Shown piece after piece: positions 1 through 8,213 of a DNA stretch of 64,000 nt. Every line of letters begins with the position of its first letter. Within the stretch, counting starts at the first letter, position 1. A model generated the notes under the pieces. That model was not told the DNA's origin, made no database searches, and saw only the letters and a program-made list of their open reading frames with translations. The position numbers and the translations under genes are program-made. The DNA is taken from positions 41,052-105,051 of the forward strand of contig PKXF01000001.1 of the NCBI GenBank assembly GCA_003133385.1, given 5' to 3'. This DNA comes from Candidatus Saccharimonadota bacterium (lineage in GTDB: Bacteria > Patescibacteriota > Saccharimonadia > Saccharimonadales > UBA4665).

Positions 1-218
1 TTGATCTTATGATGCCGGAAATGAACGGTGACGAAATGCTAGACTTATTACGGAAAACCACTTGGGGCAAAGACGTCAAAGTTATTATTCTGACCAATGT
101 GGGCGAACAAGAGATTCCAGCCTCAGTTCAAAAGCTTGGCGTCAGTGGCGTCATCCTAAAGGCCGATATGACCCCCCGGCAGGTAGCCAACATCGTTAAG
201 CAGCAATTGGCCGGTTAG
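1..218 (+). CDS. CheY-like response regulator receiver domain, C-terminal part (5' end outside the window)
   Basis: The frame is open from base 3. It reads DLMMPEMNGDEM (phospho-acceptor Asp loop), then KVIILTN and ILKADMTP, with a stop at 216-218. No output domain follows. Confidence 0.8.
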   Translation, partial: DLMMPEMNGDEMLDLLRKTTWGKDVKVIILTNVGEQEIPASVQKLGVSGVILKADMTPRQVANIVKQQLAG

Positions 219-251
219 AGACGCACGGCCCTACGTGTCATAATAGATGTC

Positions 252-1547
252 ATGAAGATTGCCATAGTTGGCTACGACGTTGAAGGCCGGTCCTCCTTTG
301 AATACTTTAAGGCTGGTGGCCACGAGCTGGCTATTAGGGACCAGAACGCCGAGCTTGTAACACCGGACGGCGTACCAAAGGTGGTTGGCGATAAATACCT
401 TGACGGCCTTGACCAATTTGATCTGGTAGTGAGGACCCCGGGTTTATCACCAAGCGACATCTTGGATAAAAACCCTGGGATAGATGACAAGATTACGACG
501 CAGGTTAATGAATTTTTCCGGGCCAGCCCTACCAAAAACATCATCGGGGTTACCGGCACTAAAGGCAAAGGGACCACGTGTAGTCTTATAGCGGGCATGT
601 TAGAAGCCGCAGGCAAGGACGTGCACATGGGGGGAAATATAGGGGTACCACTGCTGTCATTCCTGCCAAAACTCAACGCCAACTCCTGGGTTGTCATGGA
701 ATTATCAAGTTTTCAACTTATCGACTTACAGCAATCACCCCGCATCGGCGTCTGTTTGATGGTAGCTCCTGAACATCTGAACTGGCACAGCGATGTCAAA
801 GAATACACCGAAGCAAAATCTCAGTTATTTGCTCATCAGTCGTCTGAAGATATCGCCATATATTATGCTAACAATCCTCTGTCCAAGCAGATAGCAGCTG
901 CAGGGCCAGGAAACAAGCTTCCCTACTTTGCTCCGCCAGGCGCCATCGTAGACAACGGCGTTATAACTATAGACAGCCAGCACGTTTGTCCGGTAGAGGA
1001 ATTAAAATTGTTGGGGGCACATAATTGGCAAAATGCCTGTGCGGCCGTCACGGCTGTTTGGCAAGTCACCCACGACCTGGCCGCTATGCGAACAGTTCTA
1101 TCGAGTTTCAGCGGCTTACCTCACCGATTGGAATTAGTACGGGAGTTTAATGGCGTACGTTACTACGACGACAGCTTCGGTACAACACCTGAAACTGCCA
1201 TAGTGGCAATTGAGGCCTTCACTGAACCTGAGATTATTATTCTGGGTGGTAGGAGTAAGGGCGCGTCTTATGACGAACTGGTTAAGGCCATCGCCAAGCA
1301 TAACGTCAAAAAAGTTATTGCTATCGGTGAGAGCACTGAAGAGATTACCGAGAAGCTTGCGGCTGTAGGTTACACCAATGTGGTACGCGGCGGCCAGGGC
1401 ATTACCGAGATTACTCAGCAGGCCCAAAAGCTGGCAGCTCCGGGTGATGTCGTGCTGTTATCGACGGCTTCTGCCAGTTTTGATATGTTCAAGAATTATA
1501 AGCAGCGCGGGGAATTATTTAACCAAGCCGTGCAAGCTCTCGTTTAA
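252..1547 (+). CDS. murD: UDP-N-acetylmuramoyl-L-alanine--D-glutamate ligase
   Basis: 431-aa ORF with the Mur-ligase P-loop GVTGTKGKGTT, an N-terminal Rossmann-like MKIAIVGYDVEG, and a C-terminal LLSTASASFDMFKNY. It is adjacent to murI. Confidence 0.9.
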   Translation: MKIAIVGYDVEGRSSFEYFKAGGHELAIRDQNAELVTPDGVPKVVGDKYLDGLDQFDLVVRTPGLSPSDILDKNPGIDDKITTQVNEFFRASPTKNIIGVTGTKGKGTTCSLIAGMLEAAGKDVHMGGNIGVPLLSFLPKLNANSWVVMELSSFQLIDLQQSPRIGVCLMVAPEHLNWHSDVKEYTEAKSQLFAHQSSEDIAIYYANNPLSKQIAAAGPGNKLPYFAPPGAIVDNGVITIDSQHVCPVEELKLLGAHNWQNACAAVTAVWQVTHDLAAMRTVLSSFSGLPHRLELVREFNGVRYYDDSFGTTPETAIVAIEAFTEPEIIILGGRSKGASYDELVKAIAKHNVKKVIAIGESTEEITEKLAAVGYTNVVRGGQGITEITQQAQKLAAPGDVVLLSTASASFDMFKNYKQRGELFNQAVQALV

Positions 1548-2166
1548 GCTGGGTTATTGTTGCCTGTTCCGGCTGTAATATAACCGCCCGGCCCTTTGCC
1601 AACCTGTTTATCTCGGCTTCAATCCAGTGGTAGTGTGTACAGGCCAACACAATGACGTCAGCCCCGGCCACTAAAACTTGTTCCACCATCCGTTTAATCG
1701 CTTCACGGTTGATGCGCTCTTCTTCAATCATTGCAGCCCAATCACTACAATCAGGTTCTATAACTGTAGTACTCCCGGCGTAGTCCTGCTTAAGCTGGGC
1801 GTAGCGGGGGCTGGCAAGTGTCGTTAGCGTAGCGCAAACGGCAATAATATGCGTTTTGCTCAGCTCGGCGGCTGGTTTAACCATAGGTTCAATAGCAATA
1901 AGCGGTACGTTGAACTTCTGCCTCAGATCAGTGATAAGGGTTGTCGTAACTGTGTTGCAAGCGACTACTATAACCTGGCAACCGCTGTCGATTAGCTCCT
2001 GAAAGATTGGTACGACAAATTTAAAGATTTCCGCTGGTTTGCGCGTACCATAGGGGACGTGTTTCCGATCTTCACGCAGTATAACTTCGTCATTAGGCAG
2101 TGCCTGGCGTATAGCATTGGCAACGGATAAACCGCCGACGCCTGAGTCAAAGACGCCAATTTTCAT
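1519..2166 (-). CDS. murI: Glutamate racemase
   Basis: 215 aa with FDSGVGGLSV and the two catalytic-Cys motifs VVACNT and LACTHY of the Asp/Glu racemase family. Its 3' end overlaps the murD 3' end by 29 nt (convergent). Confidence 0.85.
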   Translation of the reverse strand: MKIGVFDSGVGGLSVANAIRQALPNDEVILREDRKHVPYGTRKPAEIFKFVVPIFQELIDSGCQVIVVACNTVTTTLITDLRQKFNVPLIAIEPMVKPAAELSKTHIIAVCATLTTLASPRYAQLKQDYAGSTTVIEPDCSDWAAMIEEERINREAIKRMVEQVLVAGADVIVLACTHYHWIEAEINRLAKGRAVILQPEQATITQLKRELARLG

Positions 2167-3059
2167 GATTTTGTGCTACGAAGTTCCGATTGGCGCTCAG
2201 CCGCTCGGATAACATTATCAAATAGCGCGCAAACTGTAAGTGGGCCAACCCCGCCCTTTACGGGCGTAATGGTGAGATCGTCACGCTCTGTGTAAACCTC
2301 GGGCGCTATGTCACCGACAGTCTTGCCGCCTTCACTGGCTACCCCGGCATCAACTACCACGGCGCCGGGTTTGAGCATATCCGGCTGGATGACACCGTGC
2401 ACTCCCGTAGCCGTGATAATAACATCGGCCTTCAGAGTTTCGGCTTTTAGGTCAAGTGTCTCTTTATCGGCAACATTTGGGGTTATACCAGAAGCAATAA
2501 GCAATTTTTCCAGTGGTGCCCCGACTAACTTGCCACGGCCCACTAGCAGTACATCTTTGCCGACAAGGTCGATATTGTAGCCGCTTAACAGCCAAAGTAT
2601 AGCCATAGCCGTGGCCGGCTCAAAAGGAGGATTACTGCCCAAGCCGTCAACGTCTTTTTCAGGAGCTACCAAGTTAACTATCCTGTCTGTTTCCGAGAGG
2701 TCTTCTAGTGGCAGCTGAACAATAATTGCATGAACGTTATCATCAAGGCTAAGCTTGTTTAGTAACTCACTAACTTCTGACTGGGATACACGATGCACGT
2801 CAACCGCAACATCAATATCGGCGCCGTAGCGGGCTTTCATCCGCATGTATACATTGGTTACTGGATGGTCAATTGTTACTACTATAGCCAGTTTGGGTGT
2901 AATTCCGTGCTCCTGCCGAAGAGTACGCACTTGCTTAGCTTGCCGTTCTTTAATATAGTCGGCCAGGTCTTTACCATTAAGTAGTCGCATTAACTCTATT
3001 GTAACAGAGTGCTGCCTTTGTAAAAGGTTTCGTTGCTGCTTGGGCTGTGCGCTTGTCAA
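2163..3059 (-). CDS. folD: Bifunctional 5,10-methylene-tetrahydrofolate dehydrogenase / 5,10-methenyl-THF cyclohydrolase
   Basis: 298 aa with LNGKDLADYIKE, KLAIVV, VGRGKLVGAPL and TPVKGGVGPLT motifs. Its stop overlaps the murI start (ATGA). Confidence 0.9.
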   Translation of the reverse strand: MTSAQPKQQRNLLQRQHSVTIELMRLLNGKDLADYIKERQAKQVRTLRQEHGITPKLAIVVTIDHPVTNVYMRMKARYGADIDVAVDVHRVSQSEVSELLNKLSLDDNVHAIIVQLPLEDLSETDRIVNLVAPEKDVDGLGSNPPFEPATAMAILWLLSGYNIDLVGKDVLLVGRGKLVGAPLEKLLIASGITPNVADKETLDLKAETLKADVIITATGVHGVIQPDMLKPGAVVVDAGVASEGGKTVGDIAPEVYTERDDLTITPVKGGVGPLTVCALFDNVIRAAERQSELRSTKS

Positions 3060-3117
3060 AACAGAGGTAATTTGCTAAAGTTTCTTGAGCTGAACACCGT
3101 CATTAGTTGACGATCAA

Positions 3118-3194
3118 GGGCCATTAGCTCAGCTGGTTAGAGCACCTGCCTCTTAAGCAGGGTGTCCTGGGTTCGAGTCCCAGATGGCCCTCCA
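3118..3194 (+). tRNA. tRNA-Lys (anticodon CTT)
   Basis: Hand-folded cloverleaf: acceptor GGGCCAT/ATGGCCC, D arm GCTC/GAGC, anticodon stem CCTGC/GCAGG with loop CTCTTAA, T arm CTGGG-TTCGAGT-CCCAG, discriminator T, encoded CCA. Confidence 0.9.
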
Positions 3195-3249
3195 ATTTGG
3201 TAACATACAACCACAACAACTTCTTAGACTTAGTGGGACACTGCAACCA

Positions 3250-3278
3250 AAGAGCCGTTTTGTCGGCTCTTTTTGTTT
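3250..3278 (+). terminator. Rho-independent terminator after tRNA-Lys
   Basis: Hairpin AAGAGCCG-TTTTGT-CGGCTCTT followed by TTTTGTTT. Confidence 0.7.
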
Positions 3279-3335
3279 GACACATATTAAATCAGGCTTA
3301 TAATTTCACTATGAAACTAGTATAATAGAATTATT

Positions 3336-3725
3336 ATGATTACGTTTCGCCTTAGCACACATTCCGGTGTGCCACCGTACCTTCAAATCGTACAGCAAGT
3401 TAAGCAAGCTATTCGTTTAGGAATCCTCCTAGAAGGAGACCAACTACCCACCGTAAAAGAAGTAGTCTCAATGATAGCAATTAACCCTAACACCGTGTTT
3501 AAAGCCTATAGAGAGCTAGAAATGCTAGGGCTTGTCGAAGGAAGAACTGGTAGCGGTACTTTCGTATCGGGTAGACCGGCAGGACCACCACCAGAAATAC
3601 AAAAAGCGGTAGCCAATAGTCTGGTCAACTGGATTAACGAAGCTAAGAAAGCTGGACTTGATGAAGAATCAATCGAAGCACTAATAAATTCAGCGCTACA
3701 TAACACCAGGAGGGAGAAGAAATGA
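3336..3725 (+). CDS. GntR-family (short, YtrA-like) transcriptional regulator
   Basis: 129 aa with the winged-helix signature LPTVKEVVSMIAINPNTVFKAYRELEMLGLVEGRTGSGTFV. It overlaps the downstream ABC ATPase by 4 nt. Two TATAAT hexamers (3299-3304, 3321-3326) and a TTTCA-CTA-TGAAA inverted repeat (3304-3316) lie just upstream. Confidence 0.85.
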   Translation: MITFRLSTHSGVPPYLQIVQQVKQAIRLGILLEGDQLPTVKEVVSMIAINPNTVFKAYRELEMLGLVEGRTGSGTFVSGRPAGPPPEIQKAVANSLVNWINEAKKAGLDEESIEALINSALHNTRREKK

Positions 3726-4639
3726 GTCAACAAACACTAACTAAAAATGCCATTGAGACAAAAGGTCTTGGCAAGCGGTATAGGTCGTTTTGGGCGTTAA
3801 AAGATTGTAGTATCAACGTGCCAAAAGGCAGTGTATCGGCTCTCGTAGGACCAAACGGAGCTGGTAAAACCACTCTACTGAAACTACTAGTCAGTTTGAG
3901 TAATCCAAGCGACGGCAGTGCAACCGTTTTAAACCAATCTCCATCTCAAAAACCTGAATATATCTCAGGAATCGGTTATTTAGCTCAGGAAATACCTATG
4001 TATGCTCGACTTAATGCAAAAGAACATATAGCTATGGGGCAGCATCTTAATGATAATTGGGACTCTGAGTTAGCTACGAAGCGTCTGAAAGAGTTATCTA
4101 TACCTCTAGATCGCCCTGTTGGTAAATTATCTGGTGGACAACGAGCGCAAGTAGCTCTCGGTCTTGCATTAGCAAAGAAACCAAAACTATTACTACTTGA
4201 CGAGCCTGTTGCAGCCCTAGACCCCTTAGCAAGAGTAGACTTTCTAAAATCATTGGCCCACGCTGTTACTGACGCTGAAGGTGAATTAACCGTTGTCATG
4301 TCTTCGCACTTATTAGCGGACCTCGAAAGAGTTAGCGACCACCTTATTATTCTTGCTTCTGGAGAAACCCAACTCTGTGATGACGTTGAACATGTCCTCA
4401 AAACCCACAAGCTCTTAGTCGGTAAACGCCAAAATGCAGTAAATGATGATAAATACACGGTTATTCAGCAATCACATACGGCTCGTGAATCTACTATGCT
4501 TGTTCGCTTGGAGGATATTAAGTATCACGATGAGCGCTGGCATATACGTGATGTAGATCTTGAAGAAATCGTCTTGGCCTACATGGGCCAAAAGCGTGAC
4601 CTGGCAGATACAATGGCAGCGAAAGGGGGCACACAATGA
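3722..4639 (+). CDS. ABC transporter ATP-binding protein
   Basis: Walker A GPNGAGKTT, signature LSGGQRAQV, Walker B LLLLDEP. Confidence 0.9.
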   Translation: MSQQTLTKNAIETKGLGKRYRSFWALKDCSINVPKGSVSALVGPNGAGKTTLLKLLVSLSNPSDGSATVLNQSPSQKPEYISGIGYLAQEIPMYARLNAKEHIAMGQHLNDNWDSELATKRLKELSIPLDRPVGKLSGGQRAQVALGLALAKKPKLLLLDEPVAALDPLARVDFLKSLAHAVTDAEGELTVVMSSHLLADLERVSDHLIILASGETQLCDDVEHVLKTHKLLVGKRQNAVNDDKYTVIQQSHTARESTMLVRLEDIKYHDERWHIRDVDLEEIVLAYMGQKRDLADTMAAKGGTQ

Positions 4640-5667
4640 ATTGGCTAGCTTGGCGACAGCATCGCAAACAATTTTTGATACTTGGCGTAATCCTAGCTCT
4701 ATATGCGGCATTGCTGGTGCCAACTGGCTTGCACTTCTGGCATACCTACCAGTCAGCATTAAGCAGTTGCGCCCAAAACCCTGCGAATCCTAGCTGCAGT
4801 GATCTGTCCGGCAGCCTGTTCCAGTCAACCATAGATCAAGCAGTACTTCATTTAGTGCCGATTGCAATTTTGTTCCTGCCTTTAATTCTTGGCTTATTCT
4901 GGGGCGTGCCGCTCCTATCGAAAGAATATGCGGAAGGCACAAATAAACTGGTTTGGTCTCAAAGCGTATCCCGGCGCAAGTGGCTGACCGTCAAGTTGAT
5001 CTGGATGTTAGCAGGCACAGCTATATTTATTGGAGCATTTACAGCGTTGGCTACCTGGTGGTCAAAGACATCCAATGTTTTAGAAATGAGCCGATTCGAT
5101 AGTGGTGTCTTTTTCGAGCAGGGCATAGTACCCGTGGCTTACGGTCTGTTCGCAGTGTCTTTTGGCATTATGCTCGGAGCTTGGTTCAGAAAGACTATGG
5201 TAGCTCTCGGTGTGATATTGGGTCTATACATTGCATTTGCGTTTGTTCTCACTCCACTTGCAATACGGCCACACTACATGTCGCCCATTACCGTTACTTC
5301 GCCTATGGGACCTGACGCAATCCAAAGTAAAATACCTAAAGGCGCATGGGTTTTGACACGCAGTATTGTCGACAACAACGGTAAATCAATAGGAGATATT
5401 TTTCCTTCAGCTCCACCTGAATGCCAAAAAATAATCCAACAGGCTCAAGTTCCAGGCCACCCTAGCACCTTTAAGGCCGTTCCAACTCCTGGTGGTGGCG
5501 ACCCTATTGACGACTGTTTGAACAAAGCCGGCTTCCATCAGGTTGCCAAGTATCAGCCAAGCTACCGCTATTGGGACTTCCAGGAAATTGAATCAGGAAT
5601 ATATCTTGGACTAGCGGCAGTGGCTGTTGCAGCTACTTATTGGTTGGTATTGAAGCGAGACGCTTAA
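4636..5667 (+). CDS. ABC-2-type transporter permease (assigned by context)
   Basis: 343 aa with several long hydrophobic spans. It is translationally coupled (ATGA) to the ATPase, and I recognise no soluble-domain motif. Confidence 0.65.
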   Translation: MNWLAWRQHRKQFLILGVILALYAALLVPTGLHFWHTYQSALSSCAQNPANPSCSDLSGSLFQSTIDQAVLHLVPIAILFLPLILGLFWGVPLLSKEYAEGTNKLVWSQSVSRRKWLTVKLIWMLAGTAIFIGAFTALATWWSKTSNVLEMSRFDSGVFFEQGIVPVAYGLFAVSFGIMLGAWFRKTMVALGVILGLYIAFAFVLTPLAIRPHYMSPITVTSPMGPDAIQSKIPKGAWVLTRSIVDNNGKSIGDIFPSAPPECQKIIQQAQVPGHPSTFKAVPTPGGGDPIDDCLNKAGFHQVAKYQPSYRYWDFQEIESGIYLGLAAVAVAATYWLVLKRDA

Positions 5668-5740
5668 GGCAGTTAACCTTTAGTGTACTTAGATCGGCTC
5701 AAATGCCGTAATATGTAAGTGCTGGCTGTCTTGGATTACA

Positions 5741-5770
5741 GTTGCTACAGCTTCCACGATGGCCCTCCAA
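5741..5770 (+). repeat. 30-bp direct repeat copy A, ending in the tRNA-Lys 3'-terminal 13-mer (att-like)
   Basis: GTTGCTACAGCTTCCACGATGGCCCTCCAA is identical to 7078-7107. Its last 13 nt are identical to 3183-3195 (tRNA-Lys acceptor 3' strand, discriminator, CCA and one more base). Confidence 0.85.
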
Positions 5771-5910
5771 GTTATCATCTACAGATACGATTTAGTTGCT
5801 AATTATTCAGTCGTTGTAACAAATAATTTTTCATACCTGTTAAAAAGTTCGAACCCCACTAGGGTTAAGCCATCTATATAGGGCTTGATGAAATAAGCTA
5901 TACTTTATGC

Positions 5911-6366
5911 ATGAGTTCAGCGAATAATCCTGCACTAGGCAATATAGCTTTTTTAGTGGGCGACTGGTCAATAGAGCTATCAAATGCCTCATTCTTACCC
6001 GACCCTAAGCAAAAGATTAACTTCTCAGTTACTTACGAGTGGAAAGCAGATGGTGCAGTGATAGCCGTACAGCAAGGAAGTGCCGAAGCTAATCCACCAC
6101 AGGTCGCTACTTGGATTATTGGGCGTGATGAAGACGATGACAACTATACGGTCTTATATGCAGACAATCGGGGAGTCTCAAGAGTCTATCAAATGAGCTT
6201 CAAAAATAATGTTTGGAAAATGTGGCGAAATAATTCTAAATTCTCACAACGCTTTGAAGGTAAAGTGAGTGAAGATAAAAACACTATCAATGCAAAATGG
6301 GAAAAATCTGTTGATGGCGGCAAAACTTGGGAACATGACTTTAACTTAACGTACAAAAGTAGCTAA
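5911..6366 (+). CDS. Hypothetical protein
   Basis: 151-aa ORF with no opposing ORF of similar length and ordinary soluble-protein composition. I recognise no motif. Confidence 0.5.
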   Translation: MSSANNPALGNIAFLVGDWSIELSNASFLPDPKQKINFSVTYEWKADGAVIAVQQGSAEANPPQVATWIIGRDEDDDNYTVLYADNRGVSRVYQMSFKNNVWKMWRNNSKFSQRFEGKVSEDKNTINAKWEKSVDGGKTWEHDFNLTYKSS

Positions 6367-6368
6367 AG

Positions 6369-6605
6369 ATGACAGAACAATCTAGAACTTGGTCAAAATT
6401 TGGCCCAGAATCTTACTTTCCATCAATCGAGAAAAAATATGGTCGCTCAATTGCAGAGTGGCAGAAGATTATCGCAGAATGTGGCCTTGAAAAGCACATG
6501 CAAATTGTCAATTACCTAAAATCGGAATACCAGATGGGACACGGTCATGCCAACGCTCTGGTAGGCTGGACTCTCGCCGGCAACAAGGCCAAAGAACAAC
6601 TTTAA
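6369..6605 (+). CDS. DUF4287-like small protein
   Basis: 78 aa. The stretch SYFPSIEKKYGRSIAEWQKII...HMQIVNYLKSEYQMGHGHANALV matches my memory of the DUF4287 family consensus. It starts 3 nt after the previous stop. Confidence 0.6.
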   Translation: MTEQSRTWSKFGPESYFPSIEKKYGRSIAEWQKIIAECGLEKHMQIVNYLKSEYQMGHGHANALVGWTLAGNKAKEQL

Positions 6606-6607
6606 GA

Positions 6608-7021
6608 TCAATTGCTAAGAACTTCACAATTGTGTAACAAAACGCCATGCGGCTGACGCTCAGCCTGGTATGTCTCGACAGCGAACTTATACGTTTGGCC
6701 AGCTTTGAACTTAATGCTTGAGCTACTCACCTCGCAGCTTGCACCATAACTATCCGATGTTACAAAATCCAGTGTAGTTTTACTATTACTACTATTTACA
6801 GATTGTACTTTACCTTCAAAAACCAGCGTATTAAACCGATTAGATGACCAAAACTCGTCTTGCCTCATGGCTGCCGCCATCTGAGTGGGCGTTACATCTT
6901 TAAAGCTCATGTGGTTTAAGGTATACAATGCGCTTTGCCAAGCAATCACCAAACCGCAGAAAATGAGTATAAGCACTGTTAGTGTGATGACAAATGGCTT
7001 ATTCTTAAATAACTTTTTCAT
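6608..7021 (-). CDS. Membrane-anchored hypothetical protein (possibly OB-fold / tRNA_anti-like)
   Basis: 137 aa with an N-terminal basic stretch and one hydrophobic span (FVITLTVLILIFCGLVIAW), then a beta-rich soluble domain. The fold assignment is a guess. Confidence 0.5.
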   Translation of the reverse strand: MKKLFKNKPFVITLTVLILIFCGLVIAWQSALYTLNHMSFKDVTPTQMAAAMRQDEFWSSNRFNTLVFEGKVQSVNSSNSKTTLDFVTSDSYGASCEVSSSSIKFKAGQTYKFAVETYQAERQPHGVLLHNCEVLSN

Positions 7022-7077
7022 AGTGATTAAATTATACTACTAGTGCGATAAATGGATGCTCGCTATCGGAAAGAACG

Positions 7078-7107
7078 GTTGCTACAGCTTCCACGATGGC
7101 CCTCCAA
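7078..7107 (+). repeat. 30-bp direct repeat copy B (att-like)
   Basis: Identical to 5741-5770 and ends in GATGGCCCTCCAA. Confidence 0.85.
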
Positions 7108-7166
7108 AATGTCTCGATTTAAATAACATAGTTGACTAACTTAGTCCTATTTGCTACTATAATGGC

Positions 7167-7406
7167 ATGAGTACTGTAATAAATGTCCATGACTTAAAGA
7201 CGAACTACTCTAGGTACCTAGAGCAGGTTATAGCTGGCAACGAGGTATTACTTGGTAAGCATGGTAAGCCTGTTGCCAAGATAGTTCCATTATCAGAATC
7301 CGCAACTGAGCCACGTAAACTCGGCATGCTTAAAGGCAAGCTCCGTATGAGTGATAACTTTGATGAGCCAATGATGGAATTGTGGGACACTATTGCCGAT
7401 AAGTAA
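7167..7406 (+). CDS. Phd/YefM-type antitoxin
   Basis: 79 aa. The N-terminus VINVHDLKTNYSRYLEQVIAGNEVLLGKHGKPVAKIVPL is typical of Phd/YefM. It lies 5 nt upstream of a PIN toxin gene. Confidence 0.8.
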   Translation: MSTVINVHDLKTNYSRYLEQVIAGNEVLLGKHGKPVAKIVPLSESATEPRKLGMLKGKLRMSDNFDEPMMELWDTIADK

Positions 7407-7411
7407 GTTGT

Positions 7412-7816
7412 ATGACTCTACTATTAGACACTAACGCCCTTATCTGGTCTCTAGCAAATATTGACAAGCTAGGGCCACGTGCTGTGCGTGATATTAGCAG
7501 CAGTGCAAACCAAGTTTATGTTTCTAATATTTCTCTGTTGGAATGTGCAATTAAAGTTCGAGCTGGCAAGTTAGAAATCACTATGGATTTTTCCGAAATT
7601 GATACTTTCCTGAATAAAGCAAATATCCAATTAATACCTTTTGACACATGGGCAGCTGCTCGGTATATTAAACTACCTACATTGGCATGGGCCGACCCCT
7701 TCGATACTGCTATCGTTGCCCAAGCAGTCGCCAAGCATATGACGCTCGTGACCAGTGACCGCCACATATTGGAAGCTTCTGTTGCTGGTCTTCATAGCCT
7801 TGATTCTCAAAAGTGA
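7412..7816 (+). CDS. PIN-domain toxin (VapC family)
   Basis: 134 aa. It has LLLDTNALIW (first acidic PIN residue) and TSDRHI near the C-terminus, and is paired with the upstream antitoxin. Confidence 0.8.
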   Translation: MTLLLDTNALIWSLANIDKLGPRAVRDISSSANQVYVSNISLLECAIKVRAGKLEITMDFSEIDTFLNKANIQLIPFDTWAAARYIKLPTLAWADPFDTAIVAQAVAKHMTLVTSDRHILEASVAGLHSLDSQK

Positions 7817-8022
7817 TCTCTTTTTAATTTCAGCTTGCGTACACGTTGACTCTCCAATCCGCTTATACTTATCAATACAGTCTTATAACTTATGTATTGA
7901 TATGCTAAGTTCCTGTCTATTGATGCAATCCTCAGCCTAGCCAAGCATGGTAATCCTACTCTGAGAGACTGCCCCTAAGCCTTTCAGCTTCTCGTACATC
8001 AGCAGCCAGGATAGAGGAGGTG

Positions 8023-8049
8023 CCACGAATGGGCAACCTGGCCCTCCAA
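8023..8049 (+). repeat. Degenerate third copy of the tRNA-Lys 3'-end repeat
   Basis: CCACGA[ATGGGCAACC]TGGCCCTCCAA. Compared with copies A and B it carries a 10-nt insertion, and the last 11 nt are identical to the tRNA-Lys end. Confidence 0.6.
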
Positions 8050-8213
8050 AGAACTTATCTATTGGCTAATTCGCATACATAACCACTAATTGAGCTATAC
8101 TTAGAGTAGTTGTGTAGTTCTTGAGTTGGCGTCGCCATCATCTACAGGCTTATTAACGCGTAAGCAGCATAAGCTTATCTCTTAGTGAAAATCAAAGAAA
8201 GAATATACGGCCT

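Noticed and set aside
272-697. Long antisense ORFs inside conserved genes, for example 272-697 (-) in murD, 3985-4458 (-) in the ABC ATPase, 34241-34660 (+) in glyA, and 46543-47355 (-) in the P-type ATPase.
   Set aside because: Each is fully nested opposite a gene with strong family motifs, and none shows a recognisable motif of its own.
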